Shown in pieces: positions 20,686-30,983 of a stretch of DNA of 64,000 nucleotides. This DNA comes from Lachnospiraceae bacterium (lineage in GTDB: Bacteria; Bacillota; Clostridia; Lachnospirales; Lachnospiraceae): contig JAUNBT010000001.1 of assembly GCA_030526985.1 (NCBI GenBank), forward strand, positions 2,838-66,837, in the 5' to 3' direction. The number at the start of each line of letters is the position of its first letter. Positions within the stretch are counted from its first letter, which is position 1. Both the position numbers and the translations under genes were made by a program. The notes beneath the pieces were generated by a model. It was not told the origin of the DNA. It made no database searches and saw only the letters and a program-made list of their open reading frames with translations.

Positions 20686-22422
20686 TTAATCTTCCAAAAC
20701 AATCCTTTTTTCCTCTAAATAAAGAAGAGGAATTTCCCCATTTTTTCCCTCTGCCCTATCTCTCAATAAATCGCAGAGTGTATATTCTTTTCTCCCGTCT
20801 TCTTTATGATTTACAATCAATTTTTCCAAATAATCTCCAAGCGAAACGGACATTTCTTTTTCCAGTGCGATACAGTCTTTTGCTGGTGCCTCAGTTAGAA
20901 ACACAAAGATTGTTCCGGATAGATTATCTTTTTCTTCTAACTCTTTTAAAATCTGTTCCCTGCTCTCTTTTTTCTGATACACTTTTTTGGAAATTAGAAT
21001 CGCTTTTAAATGGCCAAAGTCCAGTTCCTTTTCATCGGACCGGGCATCTTCTCTTTCTGCCTGTAAAAGGCTGTCTGCCTCATAGGAGGTCTCCTCCCCT
21101 TTCTGCTCACTTCCCCCTTCCCCCTCTCCGGACGGTTGATTTAGATTGGCTGTTCCGTAAGTAATTTCAAACAGCTTCTCCTCTCCTGCATCTATACCAA
21201 GAGAAAGCACATAATTTTTATCTTCAATATCTGTTCTGCTGCCGCAGCCGCTCAAAATCGTTCCGACAAAAAAAAGTAAAACCAAAAGCTGTCCCACCTT
21301 TTTCCCTCTTTTTTCTTTTCTCTTCACAAGTCGTAAAAGAAACGGTAGACCGACTGCCAGGGGAAAATCAATCCACATCATATATTGAAAAAACAGCCCT
21401 ACACTCCTTTCCGGATCTGGAAAACAGACGGCAAGAAGAAAAATACCTCCAAGAAACACCAACGCATACCCTTTTGTATTCCAGTTTTGCCTCCCATTCT
21501 GTTTCCATTTTCTGACCATGCGCTCACTATAAAATAAATATCCGGAAAATAAAGCAAACACACTGAAAATCCAAAAAGCTAAAAATAAAATATCCAGTCT
21601 TTCTAAAAAATGTCCCGGCAGCCTTACATTTTGCATAATAGAGAGGGCAGACCACAATTGCTCTCCTGTCCGAACTGTCCCAAACATTCCTGTAGTGGCA
21701 ATATAAATCCATAAATTTAAAAGAATAACAAAGAATACTGCCTTTCCAAGTGGAAATCCTTTTTTCTTTTCTACCTTCGTCACCGGATATAAAAATAAAA
21801 TAAATTCCATCGATGTGTAGGTCATTACTATTTGATAAGTTGTCCCAAGGTTTTCCATTAAAGAATGCTTTTCTCCCCAGAGCATATCCGGAAGCATTTC
21901 ATAATTCACCTGAAAAAGTGCAAGAATAAGGACAAAGATAAGTGGCACAAAAATATAGTAAAACAACATTTCCAATAACCGTGCCCGAACAGACAGATTT
22001 TTTCTCGCTGCGTAGTAAGAGATTAGAAGAACCGGAAAAAGGATGAGACCTATGCTTTGTTTTGGCAATAACACCGACTGAATCAAAGCAGAAAACAAAA
22101 TCATTAAAAATAATCCTCGAATAAAAAAACGAACACAATATAGCAATGTATATATTCCTGAAAACCATTTTCCAGGAAGAATAGAAATCTCCGTTTCATA
22201 GCTTTCCAAAAACCCTTCCCCAAGCCACAGGTAATACGCCGCCAAAAGAATGGCTGCCGCCGCCCCATAAAGCATAGGCGTAAGACCGCCTTTTCCGGAG
22301 GAGCGGACAACCAGACTTGGCAAAATCATGCTGGTCATACTGAAAAGTTCAATCATGACCATCCGTTGAAACTGTCTTTTTGAAATTTTTTCTACTTTTC
22401 TCTGTCCCATACACTGCCTCAT
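20686..22422 (-). CDS. Spore germination protein: GerAB-type permease fused in frame to the N-terminal half of a GerAC-type lipoprotein
   Basis: 578 aa. About 365 aa form a 10-TM GerAB-like permease. This is followed by KKVGQLLVLLFFVGTILSGCGS (lipobox) and IEDKNYVLSLGIDAGEEK, which resembles a GerAC N-domain. Confidence 0.7.
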   Translation of the reverse strand: MRQCMGQRKVEKISKRQFQRMVMIELFSMTSMILPSLVVRSSGKGGLTPMLYGAAAAILLAAYYLWLGEGFLESYETEISILPGKWFSGIYTLLYCVRFFIRGLFLMILFSALIQSVLLPKQSIGLILFPVLLISYYAARKNLSVRARLLEMLFYYIFVPLIFVLILALFQVNYEMLPDMLWGEKHSLMENLGTTYQIVMTYTSMEFILFLYPVTKVEKKKGFPLGKAVFFVILLNLWIYIATTGMFGTVRTGEQLWSALSIMQNVRLPGHFLERLDILFLAFWIFSVFALFSGYLFYSERMVRKWKQNGRQNWNTKGYALVFLGGIFLLAVCFPDPERSVGLFFQYMMWIDFPLAVGLPFLLRLVKRKEKRGKKVGQLLVLLFFVGTILSGCGSRTDIEDKNYVLSLGIDAGEEKLFEITYGTANLNQPSGEGEGGSEQKGEETSYEADSLLQAEREDARSDEKELDFGHLKAILISKKVYQKKESREQILKELEEKDNLSGTIFVFLTEAPAKDCIALEKEMSVSLGDYLEKLIVNHKEDGRKEYTLCDLLRDRAEGKNGEIPLLYLEEKRIVLED

Positions 22423-23969
22423 GATTTTCCCCCTTTCCGGCGGATTCTTGCTCCCTTTTTTGTAAAGTAAGGTCTTTCGTTCATTCCGGATAAAGGCAGC
22501 CGAAAGTGGTAATCCTTGTGATCTTTTCCGGCTGCCATGGTTCCCGATACAGTCGGCATAAGATAAGGAACTCCGAAGCTTTCAAGACTGCTAAGGTGAA
22601 TGGCTAAAAACAGCCAGGCTAAGAAAAATCCATAGATTCCCCACAGGGCTGCCATAGCGATAAATCCAAATTTCAACAACCGGAATGCTGTTGTCATTGT
22701 CTCATTGGGAATAGAAAAGGAAGCAATTGCCGTAAGTGACACCACAATCACTACAATCGTACTGACAATTCCTGCATCCACAGCCGCCTGTCCCACAATC
22801 AGTCCTCCCACAATTCCAATGGTTCCACCCAACTGTCCCGGCAGACGGATTCCCGCTTCTCTCAAAAGCTCAAACTCCAATTCCATTAAGAGCACCTCCA
22901 CCACGATGGGAAAGGGAATCCCATTTCTCGCCTGGGCAAAGGAGAGTATCAGCGATGTAGGAAGAATTTCTGTGTGAAAATTTGCCGCCGCAATATAAAA
23001 TGCCGGAAGACCGATGGCAAGAAAAGCCGCCGCATAGCGAAGAATCCGGGCAAAGGTCGCCGCCTCCCAGCGATTATAGTAATCATCACTTGCCTGAAAA
23101 AACGTATTCCATGTCACCGGCAGAATCAGTACATCCGGTGAGTTATCGACAACCAGTACAATCCGTCCCTCCAACAAGGCGGAGGCCGTTTTATCTGGTC
23201 TTTGAGTATGCTGAAAATGAGGGAATGGTGTCCTCCAGTCTTCCACTAAAAGCTGCTCTAACATTCCACTGTCCAAAATCCCGTCCATGGTGATATGAGA
23301 CAGTCTGTTTTGAATGGAATATAAAATATCCGGCCGGACCAGATCATCAATATACATCAGTGCAATATCTGTCTTAGAGCGCTCTCCCGCCGTTTTTTGT
23401 TCCACCTTTAACCGGCTGTCCCGAATTCTTCTGCGAATGAGAGCCGTGTTTGTCCGTAGACTTTCACTAAAGCTGTCCTTCGGTCCACGGATGGCTACTT
23501 CCTGGTCTGCCGCCTGTACGCCCCTGGTCGGAAACATTTTACTGGAAATCATAATGGCACTGGCCGCACCCTGAAACATCAAAATTGTATTGCCGGAAAG
23601 AATTTGTGTCACCACATCCTCTAACTGGGAAAGTTCCTTCATATCTGCCATCTCCAACACTTCTTTTTCCACAAACTGAAGAAGTTTTCTCCCTTTTACC
23701 TCCGCTGTTCCCTCGTAATGCTCTAACCGGCAGTGAAGAAGTGGCCGCATAATAGACTCCTCCAACATATCCGTTTTTGCCAGTCCGTCAATATAGCACA
23801 GATAGGCACTGTGATCTCTGTCTATCCCACACGCAAATTCTTTCTCCACTAAGTCATTACAGTCTTTTAAAATTTCTTTCACCAGAAAAATATTTTTGGA
23901 AAGCTGTCTTGACACTCTCCCTTTTATTTTTTGATCTCTTCCATGGAAACGATCCAATAAAATCACCAC
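22419..23969 (-). CDS. Spore germination protein, GerAA/GerKA family
   Basis: 516 aa. Contains ...RGPKDSFSESLRTNTALIRRRI... and a C-terminal TM block typical of GerA-family A subunits. It overlaps the downstream gene by 4 nt. Confidence 0.85.
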   Translation of the reverse strand: MVILLDRFHGRDQKIKGRVSRQLSKNIFLVKEILKDCNDLVEKEFACGIDRDHSAYLCYIDGLAKTDMLEESIMRPLLHCRLEHYEGTAEVKGRKLLQFVEKEVLEMADMKELSQLEDVVTQILSGNTILMFQGAASAIMISSKMFPTRGVQAADQEVAIRGPKDSFSESLRTNTALIRRRIRDSRLKVEQKTAGERSKTDIALMYIDDLVRPDILYSIQNRLSHITMDGILDSGMLEQLLVEDWRTPFPHFQHTQRPDKTASALLEGRIVLVVDNSPDVLILPVTWNTFFQASDDYYNRWEAATFARILRYAAAFLAIGLPAFYIAAANFHTEILPTSLILSFAQARNGIPFPIVVEVLLMELEFELLREAGIRLPGQLGGTIGIVGGLIVGQAAVDAGIVSTIVVIVVSLTAIASFSIPNETMTTAFRLLKFGFIAMAALWGIYGFFLAWLFLAIHLSSLESFGVPYLMPTVSGTMAAGKDHKDYHFRLPLSGMNERPYFTKKGARIRRKGGKS

Positions 23970-24036
23970 ACTCTCTTCGATATTTCACATAAAATCCTGT
24001 TGACTAGAATGAGCAGTTCCCTGTTTTTTTATGCAT

Positions 24037-24088
24037 CAAAAAAAGAACATCCTTGACTGAATTTCCTCTCTTTTAGTCAAACATGTTC
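24037..24088 (-). terminator. Intrinsic terminator downstream of the GntR gene
   Basis: Stem GAACAT..TTGACT / AGTCAA..ATGTTC, followed on the minus strand by a U-run (plus-strand A-run 24037-24044). Confidence 0.55.
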
Positions 24089-24117
24089 TTTCCTGACTTC
24101 ATAAAATATATTCTCAT

Positions 24118-24828
24118 CTAGGATTCCTGTTCTGCTTCCTTCGCTGTCTTTTCCTCTTCCTGTTGATGAATATTTTTCAAAATTACTTCTTCCTGAGTAT
24201 GGATATGATGATTCATCGTTTCTTCCGCTAATGACTCATTCCCTGACAAAATTGCCTCCAGAAGAACCTCATGCTCCCCAATTAAATTCCCATGGTTTGC
24301 AACGTCCTTCACATATTCCATACGATAACGGTACATCTGCTCCTTTAGGTTATTCACAATCTGAACCAGGCGCTGATTGCCTGTCAATTCAAAGATACAT
24401 TCATGAAAGGCTTCATCTTTTGTGGCAATATCCAAAATATCACCCTGCTTCACCGATTCCACAAACTCTTCATGGGCTTTCTTTAACTGTTCCCGGCCTT
24501 CTTCTGTAATTCTCTGACAGCTTAAAACTGCTCCCAGCTTCTCTAAGGCACAGCGTATCTCTAACACTTCTTTTAATCTGTCCTCTGTAATGCTGGCAAC
24601 CTCTGCCCCTTTTCTCGGAACCATGACCACAAGACCTTCTAATTCCAGCTTACGAATTGCCTCCCTCACCGGTGTACGACTGACTCCCAGACGCTCTGCC
24701 AACACAATCTCCATCAAACGTTCTCCGGGAGCAAATTCTCCTGTAATAATTGCCTGTCTTAAGGTATTAAACACTACATCCCGAAGCGGCAAATACTCAT
24801 TAATATTCACTTTCAATTTGTCGTTCAT
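24118..24828 (-). CDS. GntR family transcriptional regulator (FadR/FCD subfamily)
   Basis: wHTH region GERLMEIVLAERLGVSRTPVREAIRKLELEGLV followed by an all-helical FCD-like C-terminus. The ATG at 24828 is preferred over the GTG at 24846. It ends in TAG. Confidence 0.85.
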   Translation of the reverse strand: MNDKLKVNINEYLPLRDVVFNTLRQAIITGEFAPGERLMEIVLAERLGVSRTPVREAIRKLELEGLVVMVPRKGAEVASITEDRLKEVLEIRCALEKLGAVLSCQRITEEGREQLKKAHEEFVESVKQGDILDIATKDEAFHECIFELTGNQRLVQIVNNLKEQMYRYRMEYVKDVANHGNLIGEHEVLLEAILSGNESLAEETMNHHIHTQEEVILKNIHQQEEEKTAKEAEQES

Positions 24829-24876
24829 ATCTCTACCTTCAATCACCTGTATTTTTTATCTCTTCTCTTGCTGTGC

Positions 24877-25770
24877 TTATCGCTTCAAGAAGTATTTCTT
24901 TGTCTCCGGTAAAAAGGGTTCTACCAAATAGGAATTCTTGACCAGTTCAATCTCCCGAACTTTATCTAATGCTTTCTCTGCTTTCTCTTTCTTATCGAAA
25001 ATACCAAAGACTGTCGGACCACTGCCACTCATAATGGAATTTAGAGCTCCATTCTCTTTCATTGTCTGTTTGATTTTCCCGATAATCGGATATTTTTTCT
25101 CAGTCACTGTCTCTAATACATTAGAAAGCCGGTCTGTCACACCCTTTAACTCTTCTCTCTCAAGTGCCTCTATCATTCCATCAATATCCGGATGATAAGG
25201 AAGCTTATCTGCCTCTAAATTCTCATAGACAAAACGGGTCGATACATTAATTCCCGGTTTTGCAAGGAGAATATAACAGGCCGGAAGAGGAGAAAGTGGT
25301 GTCAAAATCTCACCAATTCCTTCTGAAAGAGCCGTTCCCCGCAGCACACAGTATGGCACATCAGCACCAATCTTTGCCCCTAGCTCCATCAGTCTTTCCA
25401 AAGACAACTTAAGATGAAACAAACGATTCATACCGACTAAAGCTGCTGCCGCATCGGTACTTCCACCTGCAAGCCCGGCTGCCACCGGTATTCTCTTCTC
25501 CAAATCTGCTTTCACGCCCTGTGTAATCTTATATTCTTCTCTCATCAAATGAATCGCCTTATACACAAGGTTCTTATCATTATTTGGGAGGTATCCCAAA
25601 TTGGATGATAAGGAAATCTCATCTTTGGATATCTTCTTCATGGTCAACTTATCATAAAGCGTAACGCTCTGCATGACCATGCGGACCTCATGATAATTAT
25701 CTTCTCTTCTCCGGAGTACATCTAACCCCAGATTAATCTTTGCATATGCTTTTAATGCTATCTGTCTCAT
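24877..25770 (-). CDS. ispE: 4-diphosphocytidyl-2-C-methyl-D-erythritol kinase
   Basis: AYAKINLGLDVL, IPVAAGLAGGSTDAAA (GHMP kinase motif) and MSGSGPTVFG. Confidence 0.9.
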   Translation of the reverse strand: MRQIALKAYAKINLGLDVLRRREDNYHEVRMVMQSVTLYDKLTMKKISKDEISLSSNLGYLPNNDKNLVYKAIHLMREEYKITQGVKADLEKRIPVAAGLAGGSTDAAAALVGMNRLFHLKLSLERLMELGAKIGADVPYCVLRGTALSEGIGEILTPLSPLPACYILLAKPGINVSTRFVYENLEADKLPYHPDIDGMIEALEREELKGVTDRLSNVLETVTEKKYPIIGKIKQTMKENGALNSIMSGSGPTVFGIFDKKEKAEKALDKVREIELVKNSYLVEPFLPETKKYFLKR

Positions 25771-25846
25771 CTTTTTTACCTCTTGTATCTTGTATACACA
25801 CTATTATAAACATTTTTTGTTAAAATGCAAGTTAAAATCGCCTATT

Positions 25847-27412
25847 TTATAGTATTTCTTTCACTTTTTTTACGATTAGAAGCTTTTGCCCTTCTTTTAA
25901 TTCTTCTTCTTCCAGATGATTCATCTTTTTCATTTCCTCTATTGTGGAACCATAAGTTTTCGCAATATTCCAAAGAGTATCCCCTTTTCCCACAATATAT
26001 CCTGCAATTCCCGGAATTTGTTTTAACTTAAGATAATCATAGGGTTTTTCTTCTACCTCTGTAATTGCCTTTGCCTCTCTCATGGAGAAGGCAATCACAT
26101 CCAGACTGATGACTGCTTTAATTTCCACTTCGTCGCCGTCAATCATCACACCATGAATCTGATCCAACATTGCCTCAAGTTCGTAGTTATCTCCCTCTTT
26201 TAAATCCTTCGCCTCGACTAAATAGGAAAACGGAAGTACCTTCGTCATTCCATAAAGAGGATTTTGGTCATCTCCGGTAATCGTAAGCAAATCGGCAATC
26301 ACCACACCCTCCACATAGATTCCATTGTCCCGAAGCTCTTTTTCATCAATTTTTACACTGCCATCCACATGAATCAGTTGAAGAATTTTATTCTGATTTT
26401 CTTCCACCGGAAATCGTTTTACTACCTTTGTTTTTGCATTATTTTTTACAATCAGATTTTCATAAAAAAATGGTTTCTCCTTTGGAATCAGCTCTTTCAT
26501 CGGACTATATAAATCTGTGAGAAATTCTACTGTCTCTTCCTGATACCCTTTCATATCAAGATCTAAAATCGCTTCCAACTCTAAGACCCGCTCTTCCCCA
26601 TCTGCATCCGGCTTAATCTCAATCTGCCAGGAACCTGTTTGAATATGTATATTGCCTACCATGTCTTCATCGCACTCCGGGCAATCTAACTCCTGATGAA
26701 AAGGAAGCTCCCATTCCAGATACTGGACAGGAACATGCTCCTCCTCCCCAAGGTAAAGGACAAAAATCAAAAGCTCTCCCCGAATCGATACTTTTCCATC
26801 CATCAGCCTCACATCTGAATTGCGCAAGGCTGCCTGATCCCAGATCACCTCTCGGATATTAGGTTTGCTGGCGGCAAGGGGCATTTCTCCTTTCAGACGA
26901 TTGGTATCTCTTTTATGGAATGCCAGCTGGGTCAGCGTCAAGCTTTGATGGAGCTGTTCTGCCATATCCTCCTCCACCCTTACAGCACCCTCCACTCTGC
27001 GGATTTCATTTACAATGACATGAAAAGTAATCAATGCCCGGATTCCCAACTTTCTCGAATTAATCATAATGACATTTAAATCATCCAACTCTGCGGTTAC
27101 CTTTGTGGAATCCATCGGTTCCATTCCGTCAATATTCAAATATTCCTCAATCTCAAAAGGATAGGAAAGGGAAGATAAGAGTGGTCCGGCTTCTGCCGTC
27201 AGATAAAGTCCTTTATATAACAATGTTCCTTTCATCCGGATTTTATCATTTAATACCTCGATTTCTTCTAAACGAAGTTCTCCCTTATTCTGCACCAGTT
27301 TTTCCATATCCGGCTTATTGTCCGGCACATTCATATCCTTATCCAGCGTAATCTGCACATTTTTCATTGTCTTTACCACACTGGTCTGTATTTCCTTTTT
27401 TGAAATCTTCAT
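25847..27412 (-). CDS. DUF3794 repeat protein with a C-terminal LysM domain (SafA-like)
   Basis: 521 aa. C-terminal YIVGKGDTLWNIAKTYGSTIEEMKKMNHL...LKEGQKLLI is a LysM domain. Confidence 0.65.
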   Translation of the reverse strand: MKISKKEIQTSVVKTMKNVQITLDKDMNVPDNKPDMEKLVQNKGELRLEEIEVLNDKIRMKGTLLYKGLYLTAEAGPLLSSLSYPFEIEEYLNIDGMEPMDSTKVTAELDDLNVIMINSRKLGIRALITFHVIVNEIRRVEGAVRVEEDMAEQLHQSLTLTQLAFHKRDTNRLKGEMPLAASKPNIREVIWDQAALRNSDVRLMDGKVSIRGELLIFVLYLGEEEHVPVQYLEWELPFHQELDCPECDEDMVGNIHIQTGSWQIEIKPDADGEERVLELEAILDLDMKGYQEETVEFLTDLYSPMKELIPKEKPFFYENLIVKNNAKTKVVKRFPVEENQNKILQLIHVDGSVKIDEKELRDNGIYVEGVVIADLLTITGDDQNPLYGMTKVLPFSYLVEAKDLKEGDNYELEAMLDQIHGVMIDGDEVEIKAVISLDVIAFSMREAKAITEVEEKPYDYLKLKQIPGIAGYIVGKGDTLWNIAKTYGSTIEEMKKMNHLEEEELKEGQKLLIVKKVKEIL

Positions 27413-27504
27413 ACCTATTCCTCCTAAAGCTGGCTGTTTAAAACACCTCAGACATTCTCAACTATAGATAAGTCTATGCTTTCAGAAAAATATTTAGAAG
27501 TTTT

Positions 27505-27924
27505 TCATAGGAAAAAAACCGTTTTCTTCGTCCTTTCACACTTTATTACCACATATGGGTAGGTGGATGGCTCCCCGGTCTTTTGATTTTTTACATAGGA
27601 AATGCTGATTAAGGTCGTATCTACATAAATCCCTTTCTCCGTCTCATAAAGTTCACTCACAGCAGCCACATATTCTCCTCTTGGCTGCTCACCATATCCG
27701 ACCACAATATATAAATTGGCGGAGTTTTTAAAGGTAAGCTGGAAAGGCTGCTCCTTCTTCGCCTCAATTAATTCTTTCAGCTCATCCGGAAGCTTTTCCT
27801 CCTCGCAGATTGTAAAGTTCACCTGTTTTAAGTTTCTATTTTCCTCCTGTCTCTTGCAGGATAGGACACAGTAATAAGAAAACAGAAAAAGATAACACAA
27901 AACAATTCCTTTTTTTATTTTCAT
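27505..27924 (-). CDS. Small putative lipoprotein (possibly PrcB-C-like)
   Basis: 139 aa. Signal peptide ending at a Cys (LSC). The PrcB family assignment is tentative. Confidence 0.45.
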   Translation of the reverse strand: MKIKKGIVLCYLFLFSYYCVLSCKRQEENRNLKQVNFTICEEEKLPDELKELIEAKKEQPFQLTFKNSANLYIVVGYGEQPRGEYVAAVSELYETEKGIYVDTTLISISYVKNQKTGEPSTYPYVVIKCERTKKTVFFL

Positions 27925-27993
27925 TTTGCACTTTCATCTATCTGCTTTCTTCTATTCTATTCCATTGTAAAGAAAAAATCCTCATTTCCACTT

Positions 27994-28043
27994 AAAAAAT
28001 GGCTGTTCCGAGCAATTTAATCTACTTAAATTATCGAAACAGC
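27994..28043 (-). terminator. Intrinsic terminator downstream of the phosphoglucomutase gene
   Basis: Stem GGCTGTT(C)CG / CG(A)AACAGCC with an internally paired long loop. A U-run follows on the minus strand. Confidence 0.5.
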
Positions 28044-28113
28044 CGTTTAGAGTAAAGCGGACATGCAAAATCCGCCTTCAACCTATTTTAATCATTGTAA
28101 TGCAAAGATGTCA

Positions 28114-29847
28114 TTACATCATATTCTCTAACATCTCATCAATACATCCCGCAAACTTCGCTGCAAGTTCCTCTGCATTCTCAAGAGAAGTACCTTTCAC
28201 ACCATAGTAGAACTTAATCTTTGGCTCTGTGCCGGATGGACGTACACATAACCACGCATCGTCTTCTAAATCATAGTAAAGAACATTAGAGGAAGGAAGT
28301 CCGGTTGGTGTCACCTCGCCGGTTGCTAAATTCTTAATCGTATCTTCCTTATAGTCTCTTGCAGAAAGCACCTTATATCCTGCAATTTCTGCTGGTGGAT
28401 TCTTTCTAAGCTGCTCTAAAATAGAAGCAATCTTTTCAAGACCTTCTTTACCAGCTAAAGTGATTGCCTTAATGCTGTCTTTGTAGTAGCCATATTTTTC
28501 GTACATATCCACCATGGCATCCCATAATGTCTTGCCCTGCTCTTTATAGAAAGCAGCTGCCTCACAAAGAGCCATTGTTGCCACGATTGCATCTTTATCT
28601 CTTGCATGCGTTCCAATCAGACAGCCATAGCTCTCCTCAAATCCAAAGAGATAGGTTCCCTTTCCTGCGTTCTCAAAGCCTAAAATCTGCTGTCCAATGT
28701 ATTTGAATCCGGTCAATACTTCAATAAAGTTGATTCCATATCCTCTGGCGATGGCACCTGCCATATTCGTTGTAACGATTGTGGAAATCAAAGCACCATC
28801 TTCCGGAAGTTTGCCATCTCTTGCCTTAATCTGTCCAATCGTATAATCTGCCAACAGACAGCCGGACATGTTACCGGTCAATACTCTGTATTCGCCCTCG
28901 GCATCCTTTACATACACACCAAGACGGTCTGCATCCGGATCTGTTGCCAAAACCAGGTCTGCATCTTTTTCTTTTGCCAATTTTAAAGCGAGGGTAAATG
29001 CTTCCTCTGCCTCTGGATTCGGATAGCTTACAGTAGGAAATTCTCCATCTGGAAGTTCCTGTTCCGGTACAACATATACATTCTCAAATCCTAACTCTGC
29101 AAGCACTCTTCTTGCCGGAATATTACCGGTTCCATGAAGTGGTGTATATACAATCTTAATCTCTTTTGCCATCTTATCGATGGAATCCTGATGTTTTACC
29201 TGTTTCTTTAACTCTGCTATGTATTTATCATCGATTGCTTCGCCGATTACTTCGTAGAGTCCTGCCTTTAATGCGTCTTCCTCAGACATAGTCTTAACCG
29301 TAGATAAATCTGTAATAGCTAAAACTTCCTCTGTTACTCCTTTATCATGAGGAGGTGTAAACTGTGCCCCGTCCTCCCAGTATACCTTATATCCATTATA
29401 TTCCGGTGGATTATGGCTGGCTGTAATATTAATACCTGCAACACATCCTAACTCCCGTACTGCAAAGGATAATTCCGGTGTCGGACGCAGCGATTCAAAA
29501 CGATATGCCTTAATTCCATTGGCTGCTAAACAAAGAGCTGCCTCCAAAGAAAATTCCGGTGACATTCTTCTGGAATCGTAAGCGATTGCCACACCTTTTG
29601 CTTCTTTTCCCTGTTTTTTAATGTAATTGGCAAGTCCCTGTGTTGCTCTTCTTACTACATAAATATTCATTCGGTTAATTCCTGCGCCGATAATGCCCCT
29701 TAAACCGGCTGTTCCGAACTCTAAATCCTTGTAGAATCTTTCCTGAATCTCCTTATCATCCTCTTTGATTGCAAGCAGCTCTGCTTTCGTCTCCTCATCA
29801 AAATAAGGATTGGAAATCCATTCATTGTAAACGTCCATGTAGCTCAT
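28114..29847 (-). CDS. Phosphoglucomutase / phosphomannomutase family protein (PgcA-like)
   Basis: 577 aa. Active-site loop ITASHNPPEYNGYKV, metal-binding DPDADR and GFEESYG. Confidence 0.9.
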   Translation of the reverse strand: MSYMDVYNEWISNPYFDEETKAELLAIKEDDKEIQERFYKDLEFGTAGLRGIIGAGINRMNIYVVRRATQGLANYIKKQGKEAKGVAIAYDSRRMSPEFSLEAALCLAANGIKAYRFESLRPTPELSFAVRELGCVAGINITASHNPPEYNGYKVYWEDGAQFTPPHDKGVTEEVLAITDLSTVKTMSEEDALKAGLYEVIGEAIDDKYIAELKKQVKHQDSIDKMAKEIKIVYTPLHGTGNIPARRVLAELGFENVYVVPEQELPDGEFPTVSYPNPEAEEAFTLALKLAKEKDADLVLATDPDADRLGVYVKDAEGEYRVLTGNMSGCLLADYTIGQIKARDGKLPEDGALISTIVTTNMAGAIARGYGINFIEVLTGFKYIGQQILGFENAGKGTYLFGFEESYGCLIGTHARDKDAIVATMALCEAAAFYKEQGKTLWDAMVDMYEKYGYYKDSIKAITLAGKEGLEKIASILEQLRKNPPAEIAGYKVLSARDYKEDTIKNLATGEVTPTGLPSSNVLYYDLEDDAWLCVRPSGTEPKIKFYYGVKGTSLENAEELAAKFAGCIDEMLENMM

Positions 29848-29935
29848 AATTCATCCTCCTAAATTAAATCTGTTTTCTCGTCAGTAGTTTTATTATACTC
29901 TAATTTCACGAAAAAAGGAAGAAAATCTTGCTTAT

Positions 29936-30916
29936 TTACAAGTATTTTTCACAAAATTCTGCAAGGAAATGTTCTCTTTTTGTATTCTGTTCTATGTATC
30001 TTTTTAATTTTTCCAGATTTTTCGGTGGCAGAAAGCATTTTTTACTATTATAATACTGATTCGAAATCTTCCAGAACTTCTCCGGAAAGGAAAACAAAAG
30101 ATAAAGCAGACGGTAGTCTTCCTCTTGCATGGGAAGAACATGGCTATAGGCTTTGATTCCTTCTTCTAAAATCTTTTTCTGATATTGATTTTTCTCCAAA
30201 GCCTTTCTGATTATATTATAGAAATCCAAAATCTGCTGATTGTAGTGAAACTGTCCTATATTAAGGACTGCCGTCTTTTCTCCGGCCATCAACACATTGT
30301 GCTGGTGATATCCGCCGTGACAGATTCCATATCCCCTTTCCCACAGGGAATCCGGCTGCATTTTAGCCCATTCTAAAGCCGCTTTCCCTTCTTCATAAAA
30401 ATACTCGTAACAGGAAGTAAAGGTGAGTTCAAATCCAGTCCGCCTTCCGCTTTTTCTTATATAGGCACGAATTCGGCTAAGCTCTTTCACCTTGTGTTCC
30501 AACATACTTTTTATAGGAAGACTTTGTCTTTTTTCGATCTGATAACCATACATTTTCCTCAAGGCCTGATGAAGGCAGGCCAGACTTTCGCAGGCACGCC
30601 TGACATCCTCTGTCTCTTTTAAACTGCACTCTCTCCCTTCGAAAGAACGTTTCATAATAAATGGTGTACGATATTTATCATAAGAAAGAAGTCCTCCCTC
30701 TTTGTTTGGTATAATTTCATCCAGATTCAAAAAGCCGGCATCCATCAACTTTTTTTGAAGTTCATATTCGCAGGCCAGCCGCAGGGGAGAACCGTTGTAG
30801 GGAGTAATCATAAAAAGGTCCTGACTTGTGACGAGCTGCAAACACCCTCGGCTTCTATAACTGGTATCCACCGAAATATCGTATTGGTCTACTACTTCTT
30901 TTTGTTTTTCATTCAA
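29936..30916 (-). CDS. CotS-family spore coat protein / phosphotransferase-fold kinase
   Basis: 326 aa. ICHGGYHQHNVLM is a catalytic-loop-like motif of the CotS/APH fold. Sporulation genes are nearby. Confidence 0.55.
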   Translation of the reverse strand: MNEKQKEVVDQYDISVDTSYRSRGCLQLVTSQDLFMITPYNGSPLRLACEYELQKKLMDAGFLNLDEIIPNKEGGLLSYDKYRTPFIMKRSFEGRECSLKETEDVRRACESLACLHQALRKMYGYQIEKRQSLPIKSMLEHKVKELSRIRAYIRKSGRRTGFELTFTSCYEYFYEEGKAALEWAKMQPDSLWERGYGICHGGYHQHNVLMAGEKTAVLNIGQFHYNQQILDFYNIIRKALEKNQYQKKILEEGIKAYSHVLPMQEEDYRLLYLLFSFPEKFWKISNQYYNSKKCFLPPKNLEKLKRYIEQNTKREHFLAEFCEKYL

Positions 30917-30983
30917 AGAAAAAACCTCCCCCGCATAAGATTTGGTCCATTTTCTATCTTATGTGAAAGAGGTTTTTCTTATG

